From the human T2T-CHM13v2.0 reference genome, Homo sapiens: a stretch of 64,000 nucleotides of DNA. Positions 28,130-41,400 of this stretch are shown here, one piece after another (the first letter of the stretch is position 1; each line of letters begins with the position of its first letter). The position numbers and the translations under genes are program-made. The stretch is from NCBI RefSeq assembly GCF_009914755.1, contig NC_060925.1, one strand, 5' to 3'. The notes beneath the pieces are model-generated. The model was not told where the DNA came from and did no database searches. It saw only the letters and a program-made list of their open reading frames with translations.

Positions 28130-29500
28130 ATGGGTGGTGAACCCATGTGACAATGGTCAACTCAGTCATTTGGGCTGAATTAATAGATATGAGCCACCAT
28201 AGCATGTTTGATGTATTCCGAATCTGTTTTCAAGTATGTAGCATCAACAAATAAAATTACACCAAGGTGTTTATAAGAATTTTTCAAAAGCTTAGAAAAG
28301 ACTTTGATAGTTACCTAAAGTATAGTAAAAATGCCTCCTTAGATAGAGGAAGGAGAATTGCTGTGTTAAGAATAATAACACTGCATAGTGATACATAAAA
28401 AGGGAAGGCAACAAAATTTCATAGGAGGTAAACCAATTAACTGAGAATTTCTTATTTTCTGCTAATGGCAGTCTGCACAGCAAGGAAAGCCAACAAATTA
28501 TATAGGGACCCGAGAACTAAATCTAATATAGCTGCTACTCTAGTTTTTGGTTAAGGAAAATATGCTTTGTCAGTGTCCATCCAGTGTCTGACTAGTGTAT
28601 TAATGGTGAAAAGGAAAAGGATACGTAATAATTAGCCAATCCTAAAGTTGGTAGTGGTTGACCATCGGCATAATTTAACTTACCAAAGACACTTTAATGT
28701 TTTTTTTTCCCTAGAGAAGATTCAAGAATTAATTATACAAATGATATGCAAACTCAGAAAAAAAAATTGCACACAGTACCTGTAATATCCAGCTAGTCAT
28801 AAAAATTTCTAGATTTGCCTTTTGGAGTTGATCTAGAAAAATTCCAGATATGTGTATTCTGTCAGAGATTAGAGATTTCCTTTCTTAGAATATATCATGT
28901 GATAAAGAAACTTTCACTGGTAGAATGGCAATTTCTCCTTAGAGGCTTTATGCCTCTTCTGGATTAATGCTTTTGACAAATAGATGGAAATGATCTTAGA
29001 TCTTTGTCTTTTGGGGTTTAAATGAAGATCATCTATATATTGTAAAAGAAGGATGTCACGATGAAATTTTATACTCTTTAGGTCTTGATTAAGATAAGTA
29101 GAAGGGGGCTTCTGTAAATAATTGATGTATAATAGACATGGCATGTGTTGATTTTTCTATGACAGGGCAAACAGATAGTGACTGTTCAAATCTAGAGGAA
29201 CAATAAAAGGACATAGCACAAGTACACAACAGCAAAGTAGATGGATTTAGGCAGTACTCAGAGCAAACTAATATTTGATTTTGAGACCACTGAAAAATAG
29301 TGGATCACAATTTTGTTTATAATACTAAAATCTTGCACAAACATGTATCTATGCATACTAGATTATTTTTTCTATGAGCAATACAGTTGTGTTACAAAAG
29401 CTAGTAGAAGGAATAGAAGGATAACTTTTTGCTGAACATACCACAGTAAATCCAGACCTTCTTTTGTCTTAACCTTCAAAGGATATTGGGCAGGACTGGG
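28130..29500 (-). pseudogene. ERV pol remnant (RT and RNase H)
   Basis: QYPLKVKTKEGL, YMFVQDFSIINKIV, LLLQYIDDL (YIDD at 29039-29028), RNase H-like DATYLKT and AQMTEL; stops and frameshifts. Confidence 0.88.
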
Positions 29501-29759
29501 TAGAGGATGAGATAAATCATTTATTACTTAGATGGGATCAGCGCCTAATAATTTCAAGATACCAGTATATTCCTTGGCTTAGAAGATACCAGTATCCTCA
29601 AGCAGTCCCTCAAGTTGTGATTGGGTTAAGTATCCAAGAATGAAAAAATAAACATCCCCTTGAACTATTAGTGTATGGTGCATGGGTCACATACAACAGA
29701 TTTCAGGTATTTCAGAAAACAGTCCATCTAGAAGACGCTTGATTTGAAAGCTACCACAA

Positions 29760-30000
29760 AGGAATCTCTCAATAATAAATTTGTTTGGATGTTATCACAA
29801 AGGAAGAATGAATGTTGGCTCATGGGAAGGTTGAGAGGTATTGTTATATGCTGAGTGATGGGGACAGTCTGAGGAGTATTTGAAAATGCTAACACTCCAG
29901 TAGTCTGAAGATTCCTAAGAAAGTCACAAAAATAGTGGTAGGACAGAATAGTACCCATGCTATTTAGAAAGTTTTGCTTCTGCCTCTCTATTATTAGAGA
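29760..30000 (-). pseudogene. ERV protease remnant
   Basis: NFLNSMGTILS (degenerate FLIDTGAT) and FFLCDNIQTNLLLRD (NLLGRD motif) in ORF 29728-30030. Confidence 0.7.
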
Positions 30001-30119
30001 TGGTTCTCTTTTATGGTTTAATAGAATCATTGGAAATTGTGTGCTACAGTCTCCCTTGGAGTCCCTTTCATAACGTTTAGAAACTTTTATTTAGTTCTTT
30101 TCTCCTTTTTATTAAGATG

Positions 30120-31250
30120 AAGCAATTAATATTTCAGTTACCTTTTTGCTTGCAAAACCAGCAAAGGTCTTGTTGAACATGAGACTTTTATTGTTTCTTA
30201 AGGTTGTGGGAATTCTACATTCAGCTGCTTTATTTTGAAATCTGTAAGTTTAGTTTGCGGGTTGTATTTTTCTATCTAAATTATTTTCAGTGCATTCAGC
30301 AAAAGGCTGAAGTTTGTATTGTAGAGTGATCTGCCATCCAAAATTTTGTTTACATACAAAATCTACAATATCTGGTTTTAGGCCACCTACAAAAATGTTG
30401 GAGAGGGTAGTGGAAATGCCAGCATTGGGGCCTAATGCTGCATATTATCGAAAGGCATGTATTAGTCTATTTCTGAGTTCTGTGGTTTTACAATTTTGCT
30501 GTTTGCAAGAGTGAACCAATATGCAATTTACTGGGCAAGACCTGAGGTATATTCTTTAAAATAGATTGTCCCTACTTCTGTACCCTAACATATTCCATTT
30601 CATTAAGGTTTATTTCATTACATTTTAAGTCCTCCTCAGAACGCTGCAATTAGGCTTTTCCAAGCAAGTTTTGCATCTCCTGGCCCCACCTAAAAATGCA
30701 TTAATCGATAGAGGTCAGGGAGGCCTTAAGTATATGTATCCAAGACAAATCTGAATGTTTCAGTGAACCTTTTTTTCCTTTCTGTCCTGGGATCTGTGAA
30801 GTTCTTAACAATGCCACAGGGATATATATATGATTAGGGTTTTAAGTTCGTGGACTAGGAATCTTCTTCATAGGAAGCTTTAAATTTTAATGAATGTTTC
30901 AGGAGAAAGGGGAAAGAATGACTAAGAAGTCCATGGAGGATGAATTAAATTTATGGGGGAAGAAGGAAGTAAGAGAAAGGTGTGATACAAGTAGGAAAGT
31001 AGAACTGAATTTACCTCTTTTCTCTTCCGTCTCTAGGGAGTCTTTTAGGGAAGCACAAATGCAGTTCAGATGGTATTTGAAAGCTTTCTCATACCAGTTA
31101 AGAAATGCAGACAATTTAACAGTCAGAATTTTATTTTTGTATGTTTTGAGGTTCCTCTCAAATGTATATTCCTGTTCATATTTAAAAGTTCCAAAAATTT
31201 TCCATTACAATTTGAAACTTTCTCCAAAGTGAAATTACCTTATTTAGTGA
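30120..31250 (-). pseudogene. ERV gag remnant
   Basis: MHR-like VNCILVHSCKQQ...RNRL..AF, FVGGLKPDI, degenerate zinc knuckle CWFCKQKGN*NINC at about 30163-30122. Confidence 0.8.
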
Positions 31251-32015
31251 CAGGTATGCATAAATTAGTAAAATAGAAGTCACAGTAATACTAATGGAGG
31301 CATAGGCAAAATAGAAGAAAGCTCTTATAAGGTTTTGAAAGTGGCTCAAGGGCTGTTTGTTTACAGTGCACCAGTCTAATGAGATCTTCTGAACTTGGAG
31401 CTGGCTCTAATATGAGCTTACAGGCCATATGTCTGTCTTCTCATTGTTGACTTCCTTTTATAGACAAACAAGACTCAAGAAACTGTACAAACAGATGATA
31501 GAAGAAATGCCAAAAGTCAAATTTTATAAGGTAAAACATATAATGTGGTTAAAAAGTCAAAAGCCTAGACATCAAACATAAATTTAAAATTACTGGACTG
31601 AATGAAATATTTAGAGATCAGATTCAACACAAATTTATCTTTTGTCTCAGAATATTTGGCCTTGAACAGGTGGATTTTTAGGCAGTGTCACATGTGCACA
31701 CTATTACTGAGTTAGAGGACTTGTTCTGCAGCAATAGATGTTTTAGCTGAATTTTGGTGGAATTTTCACTTCTGTTGATGCCTACCAGCCACTGACTACC
31801 AGGAACATACTCATAATCAAGCAAAATTAGATGCATCAAGAAAGAATGAACCGCAGAGGAACATCAGGAGTCTCTCAGAGTTATAGGAATGGCCTCGAAG
31901 CTTTGAGCGTGGACTGGAAGATTCTAAAGCTTAAGGAAGCAAGAATCAGTTCTGAATTTGATGATGTCAAAAAGTGTGTGTAATACAGTGGCTTGGCATC
32001 TTAAGAACTTACATC

Positions 32016-32622
32016 TGAAGCAACCAAGATTCCCTTCAGTAGGTGAATAGATAAATAAGCTGCAGTACATCCAGGTAATGGAATACTATTTAGCACTACA
32101 AAGAAATGAACTCACTATATCATAAAAAAAGTGGAAGAAACTTAAGGGTATATTACTAAGTGAAACAAGCCAACCTAAAAAGGCTATATACTCTGTGATT
32201 CCAACTATATCAGAACTATATATTCCAACTATATTCTAGAAAAGGCAGAACGCTGGAGACATAAAATATATCAGCTGTTGCTAGTAATTAGGGGGGTGAG
32301 GGGGATGAATAGGCAGAGCACAGATTATTTTTAGGGCAGTGAAAATACTCTGCATAATACTATACTAATGGTGAAATATATGTCATCATGCATTTGTCCA
32401 AACTAATAGTGAACCCTAATGTAAACTATGGACTTTGGGTGGTTATGATGTGTCAGTGTAAGTTCATCAGTTTGAACAAATGTACAGCTCTGATGAGGGA
32501 TGTTGATAATGGAGGAGGCTATGCATTTGTGAGGGCAGGGAGTATGTGATAAATCTGTACCTTCTGCTCAATTGTACTGTGAACCTAAAAAAAGTTTAAA
32601 AAGTTAAGTATATTTTTAAAAG
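32016..32622 (+). mobile_element. L1MC1/L1MC2 3' end
   Basis: gatgaataggcagagcacag..tttttagggcagtgaaa, gtgaaccctaatgtaaactatggactttggg, gtgaacctaaaa. Confidence 0.9.
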
Positions 32623-32671
32623 TTAAAAACTTATGCCCAGAGGGGTGGGAAGATTTAAAGGAAACTAGCAA

Positions 32672-32907
32672 CAGCCTGGACAGCATAGTGAGAACCTATC
32701 TCTAAAAAAAAAATTAAAAAAATTAGACAGGCATGGTGGCACATACCTGAAATCCTAGCTACCTGGGAGACTGAGGTGGGAGGATTGCTTGAGCCCGGGA
32801 TGTTGAGACTGCTGTGAGCTATGATCACAACACTGCACTCTAGCCTGGGTAACAGAGTGACATCCTGTCTCATAAACAACAACAACAACAACAAAAACAA
32901 CAACAAC
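32672..32907 (+). mobile_element. 5'-truncated AluJ with (CAA)n tail
   Basis: Perfect 15-bp TSD aaaggaaactagcaa at 32657-32671 and 32908-32922. Confidence 0.95.
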
Positions 32908-33297
32908 AAAGGAAACTAGCAATCAATCATTTAAGTTAGTGAAAGGGGGTATTTAAACCTTTTTGTGGTTGCAGAGTGACCTTGTCATATTCTGAGTATT
33001 GCTCCTGTTCTGTCAGGTATATCATGGTCTGAATGTCAGCAAGGGTGCCCTTCATTTTCTCTAATTGTCAGAAAGGTATATTTTCAAATTATCACACTGT
33101 AATGTCATTCTTCAAATTAGGCTATAGAACTTTATTATAGGAGAAGACAACACTTTATCCCAATTTTTCATTAAGATAAAATCTCTTTGTAGTATCCAGT
33201 ATGAGTTTATATAACATCAAATTTCTTATTACTTTTTAATTCCTTTATTTATTCTTATCACGTTCCAAGTACTTGTTTTAACCTAAAGAAGTATAAT

Positions 33298-33984
33298 AAG
33301 TCAGGAAACAACAGGTGCTGGAGAGGATGTGGAGAAATAGGAACACTTTTACACTGTTGGTGGGACTGTAAACTAGTTCAACCATTGTGGAAGACAGTGT
33401 GGTGATTCCTCAAGGATCTAGAACTAGAAATACCATTTGACCCAGCCATCCCATTACTGGGTATATACCCCAAAGGATTATAAATCATGCTGCTATAAAG
33501 ACACATGCACACGCATGTTTATTGTGGCACTATTCACAATAGCAAAGACTTGGAACCAACGCAAATGTCCATCAACAATAGACTGGATTAAGAAAATGTG
33601 GCACATATACTCCATGGAGTACTATGCAGCCATAAAAAATTATGCATTCATGTCCTTTGTAGGGACATGGATGAAGCTGGAAACCATTATTCTCAACAAA
33701 CTATCCCAAGGACAAAAAACCAAACACCGCATGTTCTCACTCATAGGTGGGAATTGAACAATGAGAACACTTGGACAAAGGAAGGGGAACATCACACACA
33801 GGGGCCTGTCGTGGGGTGTGGGGATGGGGGAGGGATAGCATTAGGAGATATACCAAATGTAAATGACGAGTTAATGTGTGCAGCACACCAGCATGGCACA
33901 TGTATACATATGTAACAAACCTGCACATTGTGCACATGTACCCTAGAACTTAAAATATAATAAAAAATAAATAAATAAATAAAA
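33298..33984 (+). mobile_element. L1PA (about PA4-PA6) 3' end
   Basis: aagtcaggaaacaacaggtgctggagagg...; ORF2 C-terminus in ORF 33437-33757; 3' UTR and (TAAA)n tail. Confidence 0.97.
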
Positions 33985-34137
33985 GAAGGAAGGAGTCTGG
34001 GTCCTCAGATAATTACATGAAGAGCCACCTTCCAACCTTGCACTGTACTGTGACATGAACAAGAAATTAACCTTTAGTGTTAAGCCACAGAGACTCAGAG
34101 GTTGTTTATTAAGCATGTAGTTAGCCCTGACTAATAG
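33985..34137 (+). mobile_element. MLT1 (I/J-like) LTR 3' fragment
   Basis: gaaggagtctgggtcc...gaaattaacctt..gtgttaagccac...cctgactaata. Confidence 0.7.
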
Positions 34138-34329
34138 AATCACAAACATTTCAGTATATTTTTCTGTCTCTTTTCTAGGTACATATTGAATACAGTAATG
34201 GTCATATTGAAAGTATATCTTTGTATTCTAATTTTTTATTTAATGTATCATAAGGTTATTATCTCATTAAAAACTCTTTATACATGTAAAAAATGTATAA
34301 TAGTGTTTAAAACAAACAAATAACGCCAA

Positions 34330-35465
34330 CAAACAAAAACTCTAGCTGTTCTAATGGAGCTTATCTTCCAATGTTCTAGTAAAAAATGTAGAAAACAAGC
34401 AATTAATAACTAAATATACTTTGGATAATAATAAGTCCTATAAGGAAAATAAAAAAGTGTAAGTTGATAGAGGGCTTCAGAGTGGGGTTTGGGAATGATG
34501 TGTTATTTTGAAGATTCAGTAGAAGTGTCTTCTCTGACATGGTGACTTTGAGCAAAGGTCTGAATGAAGGAAAGGAGTAAGCCTTTTGAAGATCTAAGGG
34601 AATAGATAGTCTTGCAAGCCTGGAGAACAGGATAAAGGCCAGTGTGGCTAGAGCAGAATAAGATGGAGAGTCTTGTAAGATGAAGTCAGAGAAATAGGCA
34701 GGACCTAGATGACATGGGGTCTGTAGAGCATGATAAAGAGTTTGGATTTTGCTTTTTAGTCATGAGAGGTTATGGGAGGCCATAGGATTTTTTGAGTAGA
34801 ATATTGACATAATATGATTTAAGTGTTTAGTAGATTATTCTTGCTTCTGTGTGTTAAGTTGGAAATTGGTGGTATGAGTGAAAGCAAGGAATAGGAATCT
34901 GCTGCGATAATCAACATGAGAGGTGACAGTGACTTGACTAGGATGATGATAGAGTTCCTTTGGTGTGCTTGTAGAAAGGATGTGACTTGGAGCTAGAGTC
35001 ACAGGGCTTATGAATAGATTTTATGTAATTATAAAGATGAACAAAGGATGATTCCTGAATTTTGAGACAAAGAAGCTGAATAATAGTGGAGCCATTTTAG
35101 AATGGGGGAAACAAAACGGGGTGGGGTTTGAAGGAAATCAAGAGCTTTGTTTTGGAAGTGCTATGTTCAAAATGCTTCTTGGAAATCCATATGTAGCTAC
35201 CAAATAAACTCAGGGGAAAGGGAGGAACTGGGGATACATTGGGGCCATCAGTATGTAGATGAGAACAGTGTTAAAACTATGAACGGAGAAGATCAACTAG
35301 GGAATAAGTGTAAATAGACCAAAAGAGTACTAAATTCTGGGCACTGCAAAATTTATAATTCAAAAAAAAGGGAAGAGTCCATCAAAGGACGTAAGATGGA
35401 GGAGTAGTAAGGTATGAGATAATCCAGAGAACGTGACTTCCTGAGCACAAGTTCAAGACAGTGTT
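34330..35465 (-). mobile_element. L2
   Basis: atggagcttat, ggtgactttgagcaaagg, aggccagtgtggctagagc, agtttggatttt, agagctttgttttgga. Confidence 0.85.
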
Positions 35466-35869
35466 TGTGGCTGACAGAATGAGCAACTGAGACACCAGTT
35501 TTTCTCTCAGCTGCTGTAAAGCCCTTGGTTAACACCTTCAAAGCATTTCTCTAAGCAAGGAAAATAATACCATTGTATTACCAATTTATTATATGTATTG
35601 TATGTATTATATTTTCTAGTCATGTTCATTTAAATTTGATGACACAAAATTGAACTATTTTATGCTTTCATAATATCAGAGATTTAGGTGGAGGAAATAA
35701 GGTTGCTTAATTAAATTAAGGAATGACACTTCAAAATTAGAAATAGGCAACAAATTGAGATCTCTCTGAATCTTATGTCATTCTCCCCTAATCCCCTAAA
35801 TTCTATCTCTAGCATGCCAGGTGATAGTTTGTTGTCAACTTAAATAACTGAAATCAAAGTATTCTCACA

Positions 35870-36850
<981 letters not shown>

Positions 36851-36869
36851 TGCTTTTGTATTGCAATGA

Positions 36870-37010
36870 CCAGCATAGCAGAGTAATAAAAATAAATATT
36901 CTTCTTGAATTTGTTTGAAAACCTGATTCTAATACTTACTGTATAATTTTGGATAAGTCAATTACTAATTCTGTACCATATTATTTCTTCATCTGTACAA
37001 TGAAGGTAAT
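36870..37010 (+). mobile_element. MIR fragment
   Basis: ttggataagtca...tttcttcatctgtacaatg. Confidence 0.6.
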
Positions 37011-37299
37011 GAAATAAAGATTTGGCTGGCACCTCTTATACTACCAGAATCCCATGTTTCTAAATCAATTTTGCAATTGCTCATACTATAAACATGTGAC
37101 TCCATTTCTCATAAGTTGGCCTTTTGCTGGGTTCCCTCAAATTTAAGTCCTTTGTATGATAAGACAAAGAGTTCTCTTTTGTACTTGCCAGTTCTTAACA
37201 TGTTATTGTGGGATTCCTTTGGGGTAACATTGTACCTCATAATTTGCTCTTATTAGCAACCACTGAGCTGTGCCCTGTGCACATCTACCCTGAAACCAA

Positions 37300-37550
37300 C
37301 AATAATATCAACGAACATGATGCATTGAATATTTATATATACCATCCATGTGAGAAGATTTTATCATGCAATCATTTAATTTCCATAACTCGAGAGTTAG
37401 GTGCTATTATTATTTTCTTTTTACATATGAGGAAATGAGACTTGGAAAAGTTAATTGCCCAAAGTCATAATTAGCAAGTCAAAAAACCAGATTTAAATCA
37501 ATGGCTCTGTGACCTCCAAATCTAAAAACTTAAGTAGGGTGTACTGCTTC
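37300..37550 (-). mobile_element. MIR
   Basis: ttttacatatgaggaaatgagactt...ttgcccaaagtca...tgacctccaaa. Confidence 0.75.
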
Positions 37551-38459
37551 CATAAAGAGGTATTGTCCCTTTACGTACTTGAACCACAGACCTCTATGTT
37601 AACAGTCCAATGTGCTTACCAGGAATGCTATAAGAACTTCATGTTGCTGCATTTATTATTTTTCTACCTTTGAGAATTGTCACCATATTCTTCAGTAGCT
37701 TATTGTCATCTTATACTACACTCTAGATGTTGGGTCATTTCCAGATCCTGAGCCTTACAAGTCTCACCTGTTCCTCCCTTAAATGAGGCACTATTCTGTT
37801 GCCGCATAGAAATGTGTCAGTAACTGGCTATATAATCTGCCAGTTTCTGATTTTATTTTGCAAAATGTTTTTATATTGTGTACCATTCACTTGTAACCCA
37901 AAATAGAATCAAAGGCTTGAAATCTAAGGAATTTATGTGGCAAGTAGTCACTGTTAAATAAAGGCTTATTTCCACCATTCATTTTTGTTCTGTGTCTATA
38001 TTACACATAAAACTGAAAGATGTTTTTTTTCTAACAAAAATGTTTCATGTCAAATTCTCCCAGCCCTATTTGGGAATGTCATTGAATAAACTAATAGTAG
38101 GCTTCCAAGCCAAGAGTAATTATGTTACATTGCTCTTTTTTTGGCAGGGAGTTATTTTTTTTCCTGTAAATGAGGCACTTTAACATAAGCACACTTTTGC
38201 ACTGTAAAGTGGAAAAGGATTTGATGTAGATGTCTTTCAGGTGAGATACAAAATTATATTTTTCCCACTTCTAGATTAATGTAACAAAGTGATCAATCAA
38301 TCAATTAATCAATCAACTTGCTTTTTCTGATAATCATGGTAGCAGATAGCAATTAGAAACATACGCCCTTAAATTTGAGGCTGTTCTTGATGGCTGAGGA
38401 TTATGTGACATTTTACATTCAGAAAACACTTTAAAAACATTCATATCAGTGTTTGCTTT

Positions 38460-38620
38460 AAGCCAGATTTTGAGGAGTTATTTTTTTGCCATTTTTAGAG
38501 GAGCAGACTGGCTTAGGAGGGTTAAATAACTTGCTCAAATATAGTTAGCACTTGGTGGCAAAAGTGGAGCTAGCAATCTAGTCTGTAGCCCATCTATTTT
38601 AGCATAGGTCACTATAACAG
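38460..38620 (-). mobile_element. MIR fragment
   Basis: ccatttttagaggagcagactggcttaggagggttaaataacttgctcaa. Confidence 0.65.
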
Positions 38621-38904
38621 ATGTGCTATCTTAATTTCTCATTTTCTCCAGAACAGAAATTTGAAAGCATCTTGCAAGTTTATGGAAATGAGTTTATATA
38701 TTGTGAGGGTCAAGACAAATCCATTTTATAAACTTATATCATGTTCATTTATATATGTATACACATATATTCATATATGATAACTATGAAGAAAAGACTA
38801 AGGGTTTTATATACATATTTCAAATACATAAATTGTTTAAACATAGAGTTTAATAGGAAGTCCATAAATTGTCTTCAGTAAATGAGATTAATTATGGATA
38901 CAAC

Positions 38905-39065
38905 GTATTGATAATTTATAGGGTAGCATGCAGTATGCTAAGAACTTAAATTATCTCATTTTAATCTCATTAAGCACTAGGAGGCAAGTACTATTATTCT
39001 TATTTTAAATTGAATAAACTGAGGAAGTACACAATTTTCTAAAGGCTACAGAGAACAAGAGCCAG
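38905..39065 (-). mobile_element. MIR fragment
   Basis: ttatctcattttaatctca...tactattattcttatttta...aaactgagg. Confidence 0.65.
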
Positions 39066-39266
39066 GGCACCATAAAATGTCTACCCACTGCTATAAAGAC
39101 CGTATAATTAAGCCTTATATGACATTCCCACTGCAGTCTACTTCTTTAAGTAAATAACACTTTCTATTTACTCTGTTTCCAATTTGTATCCTTTCTTTGC
39201 TTTATTTCTTTAGTTATGAACATGTGTACTCGGGTCCCTTTTTATTAATTAACTAACATATAGTAA

Positions 39267-39385
39267 GCTGGGCGCAATGTTGCACAGCTGTAGTCCCAGC
39301 TACATTTGATGCTGAGGTGGGAGGATCTCTTGAGCCCAGGAATTGCAGTCCTGCCTGGGCAACATAGCAAGACCCTGTCTCTAAA
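39267..39385 (+). mobile_element. FLAM (free left Alu monomer)
   Basis: Single monomer of about 120 bp, gctgggcgc...ctgtagtcccagctac...gaccctgtctctaaa. Confidence 0.85.
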
Positions 39386-39407
39386 TAGCTAGACAGCTAT
39401 ATAGGTA

Positions 39408-39447
<40 letters not shown>

Positions 39448-39465
39448 ATAGATGATAGATAGATA
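39408..39465. repeat. (GATA)n tetranucleotide STR
   Basis: TAGA array just downstream of the FLAM. Confidence 0.95.
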
Positions 39466-40352
39466 TCATTTAGTGTCGTGATGACACTAACATGAACCAT
39501 AGTTACTCTCTAGATTGTAGAAGAATGTGTGTTCTAAATTCATATACAAAAATAATTTTGATGCTTATATAGGCCTTTTCAGATATGTAATATGATGACT
39601 GTTGTGATAATCGAAAAAATATGGGCTGGGAGACTCCAAAATCATGAGAATGTATATACCTTTATGATAGTAGAACAGATGATCCCCATTGTTTCATTAA
39701 TCAATGAACAAATATTTCAGGACACATAGTGTTCCATAACTATGCTATATGCTGATTATAAGTTTGTTTTCACACAGAAGATGCACATATCTATACATAT
39801 GATAGTATTATGATATATGTAGCATATAGAATGTCTGAACCGAGGCCAAACTTAGACGAAAGAATGCTTTGGCAGGCCTAACGTTTGGCACACATTCCAA
39901 CATGATTGTAAAATATTTACTCGGTATGTAATCTGCATCAAGACTCAGTGCTACACAGGGTTAGTTTGGAAAGGGCTGCTTAGGGGAGCATTGTTTTGCA
40001 CTGTTTTGCAATTGTTGAGCAATTCAGTTAGGCCCCAAATCTGCATTTCCCAACAAAACAGGAAAATTCGATTAATCAGACTGTTCTTACAGCACTTTAA
40101 AAACCTTTACTACTTGTGCACAATGTCTGTAGTCTCCCTTTGCCCCAACACAAAGCAGCTCTTAAGAAGAATTCCTTCCACTTACATATAGTACTCCCCC
40201 GAGAGGAAATTTCCTTCCAATTGATATTATTCTAGTTATGCACAATTGCACAATGTCCTTCTAGATTAACACTTTGGTCAGGAGTTTGTTTGTTTCACGT
40301 ACTTAAATCTCCTTTGATATGAGGGACTTAGAAGATGTTCCTAAGATAGGAT

Positions 40353-40600
40353 GTGTATCCGTTAAGGTAACACTAGCTTCTGTAATGACAACAGCAAAAT
40401 ACATAATGACTTTACACAATAAACATTTATCGTTTGAACACATAAAATAGAATTAGAATTTTCTGACTGGTGGATCATACTCAGATGAAATCCAAGCTCC
40501 TTCTGTCTTATGGCCAGGCTATGTCCTAAAAGCTCAACTCCTCTGAATCCAGCCTCTGGATTTCCTCTGAGAAATGACATACCTATTTATGCTATCAACA
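40353..40600 (-). mobile_element. Old MLT1 (L/M-like) fragment
   Basis: gttaaggtaacactagcttctgtaa...acacaataaacatttat...ccaagctccttctgtctt. Confidence 0.5.
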
Positions 40601-40799
40601 TGCTTACTTCTAACTCAGACCATCTATTAATCTATTAGAAATTATCCTCAACTCATAAAACTTCTAGAAGTATCTAAGCTCCATGAAAGTTGGGCTACTA
40701 TCTGTCCGAACAAACCACAGTGCCTCACAGATGCAAGTGGGGCTAGAAAATATAGAAGCTAGATGGGCATCTTCTTCCTCGCAAGTCTACGCTGTAAAA

Positions 40800-41400
40800 A
40801 TAGAGAATGGCATTTAAAGATGCTCTCTCCCAAAGGATGCAGTGTTAATGTGGCTTGATTAGGCATTAACCAAGTGAAGAACAGTTGGGCAGGTATTCCA
40901 GGGAGAAGGGACAGCATGTTCAAAGATTGTGAATGTGTAATCATGGATATTATTATAAAAGTGAGACCCCAGAAGAGGCGGTCACTAATGTCAGATGTGA
41001 TTCAATCAAGAAATACTGAGCAGTATGCTATGTGCTCAGCAAGTTGTACAAGAAGTGGAAAATATGGAGTTCAACAAAATGTAGCCTCTGCTAGGAAAAC
41101 GCTTCCAGTTCTTCTGTGGGAGAAAGACACACAGCCAATCAACTATTTTTTAAGGTCCTTTCTACTTCTAAATTCTGAAACATGATGATTTACTAGAGTC
41201 AATGTTAATTTTAAAATTTTGAATTCTGGGAACATTCTGAGCTAGATTTTTTGGGAATTTTCTGAAAAAATGCTGAGCAATTTAATTGATTCATTTATCC
41301 CACCATACAGAGTGCTTATGGTATGCTGAATTCTCTTATTGGGACAAGATTTAAGGTGGTAAAAAAACAGAAAGTAGCCCAACTTTCATGGAGCTTACAT
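40800..41400 (-). mobile_element. Scattered L2 fragments
   Basis: attccagggagaagggacagcatgttcaaag; attcaatcaagaaatactgagc; tcatggagcttaca. Confidence 0.55.

Larger units (their letters stand above)
27380..31772 (-). mobile_element. Decayed class I (ERV1) provirus internal region
   Basis: gag, pro, RT and RNase H remnants in retroviral order on the minus strand; low-coordinate boundary uncertain and no 3' LTR recognised. Confidence 0.85.
31773..33070 (-). mobile_element. Old ERV1-type LTR (MER89/90/92/110-like), interrupted by L1MC and AluJ
   Basis: tgttga...tgtca termini; LTR-like segments at 31773-32015, 32625-32671 and 32908-33070; lies upstream of gag. Confidence 0.5.
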
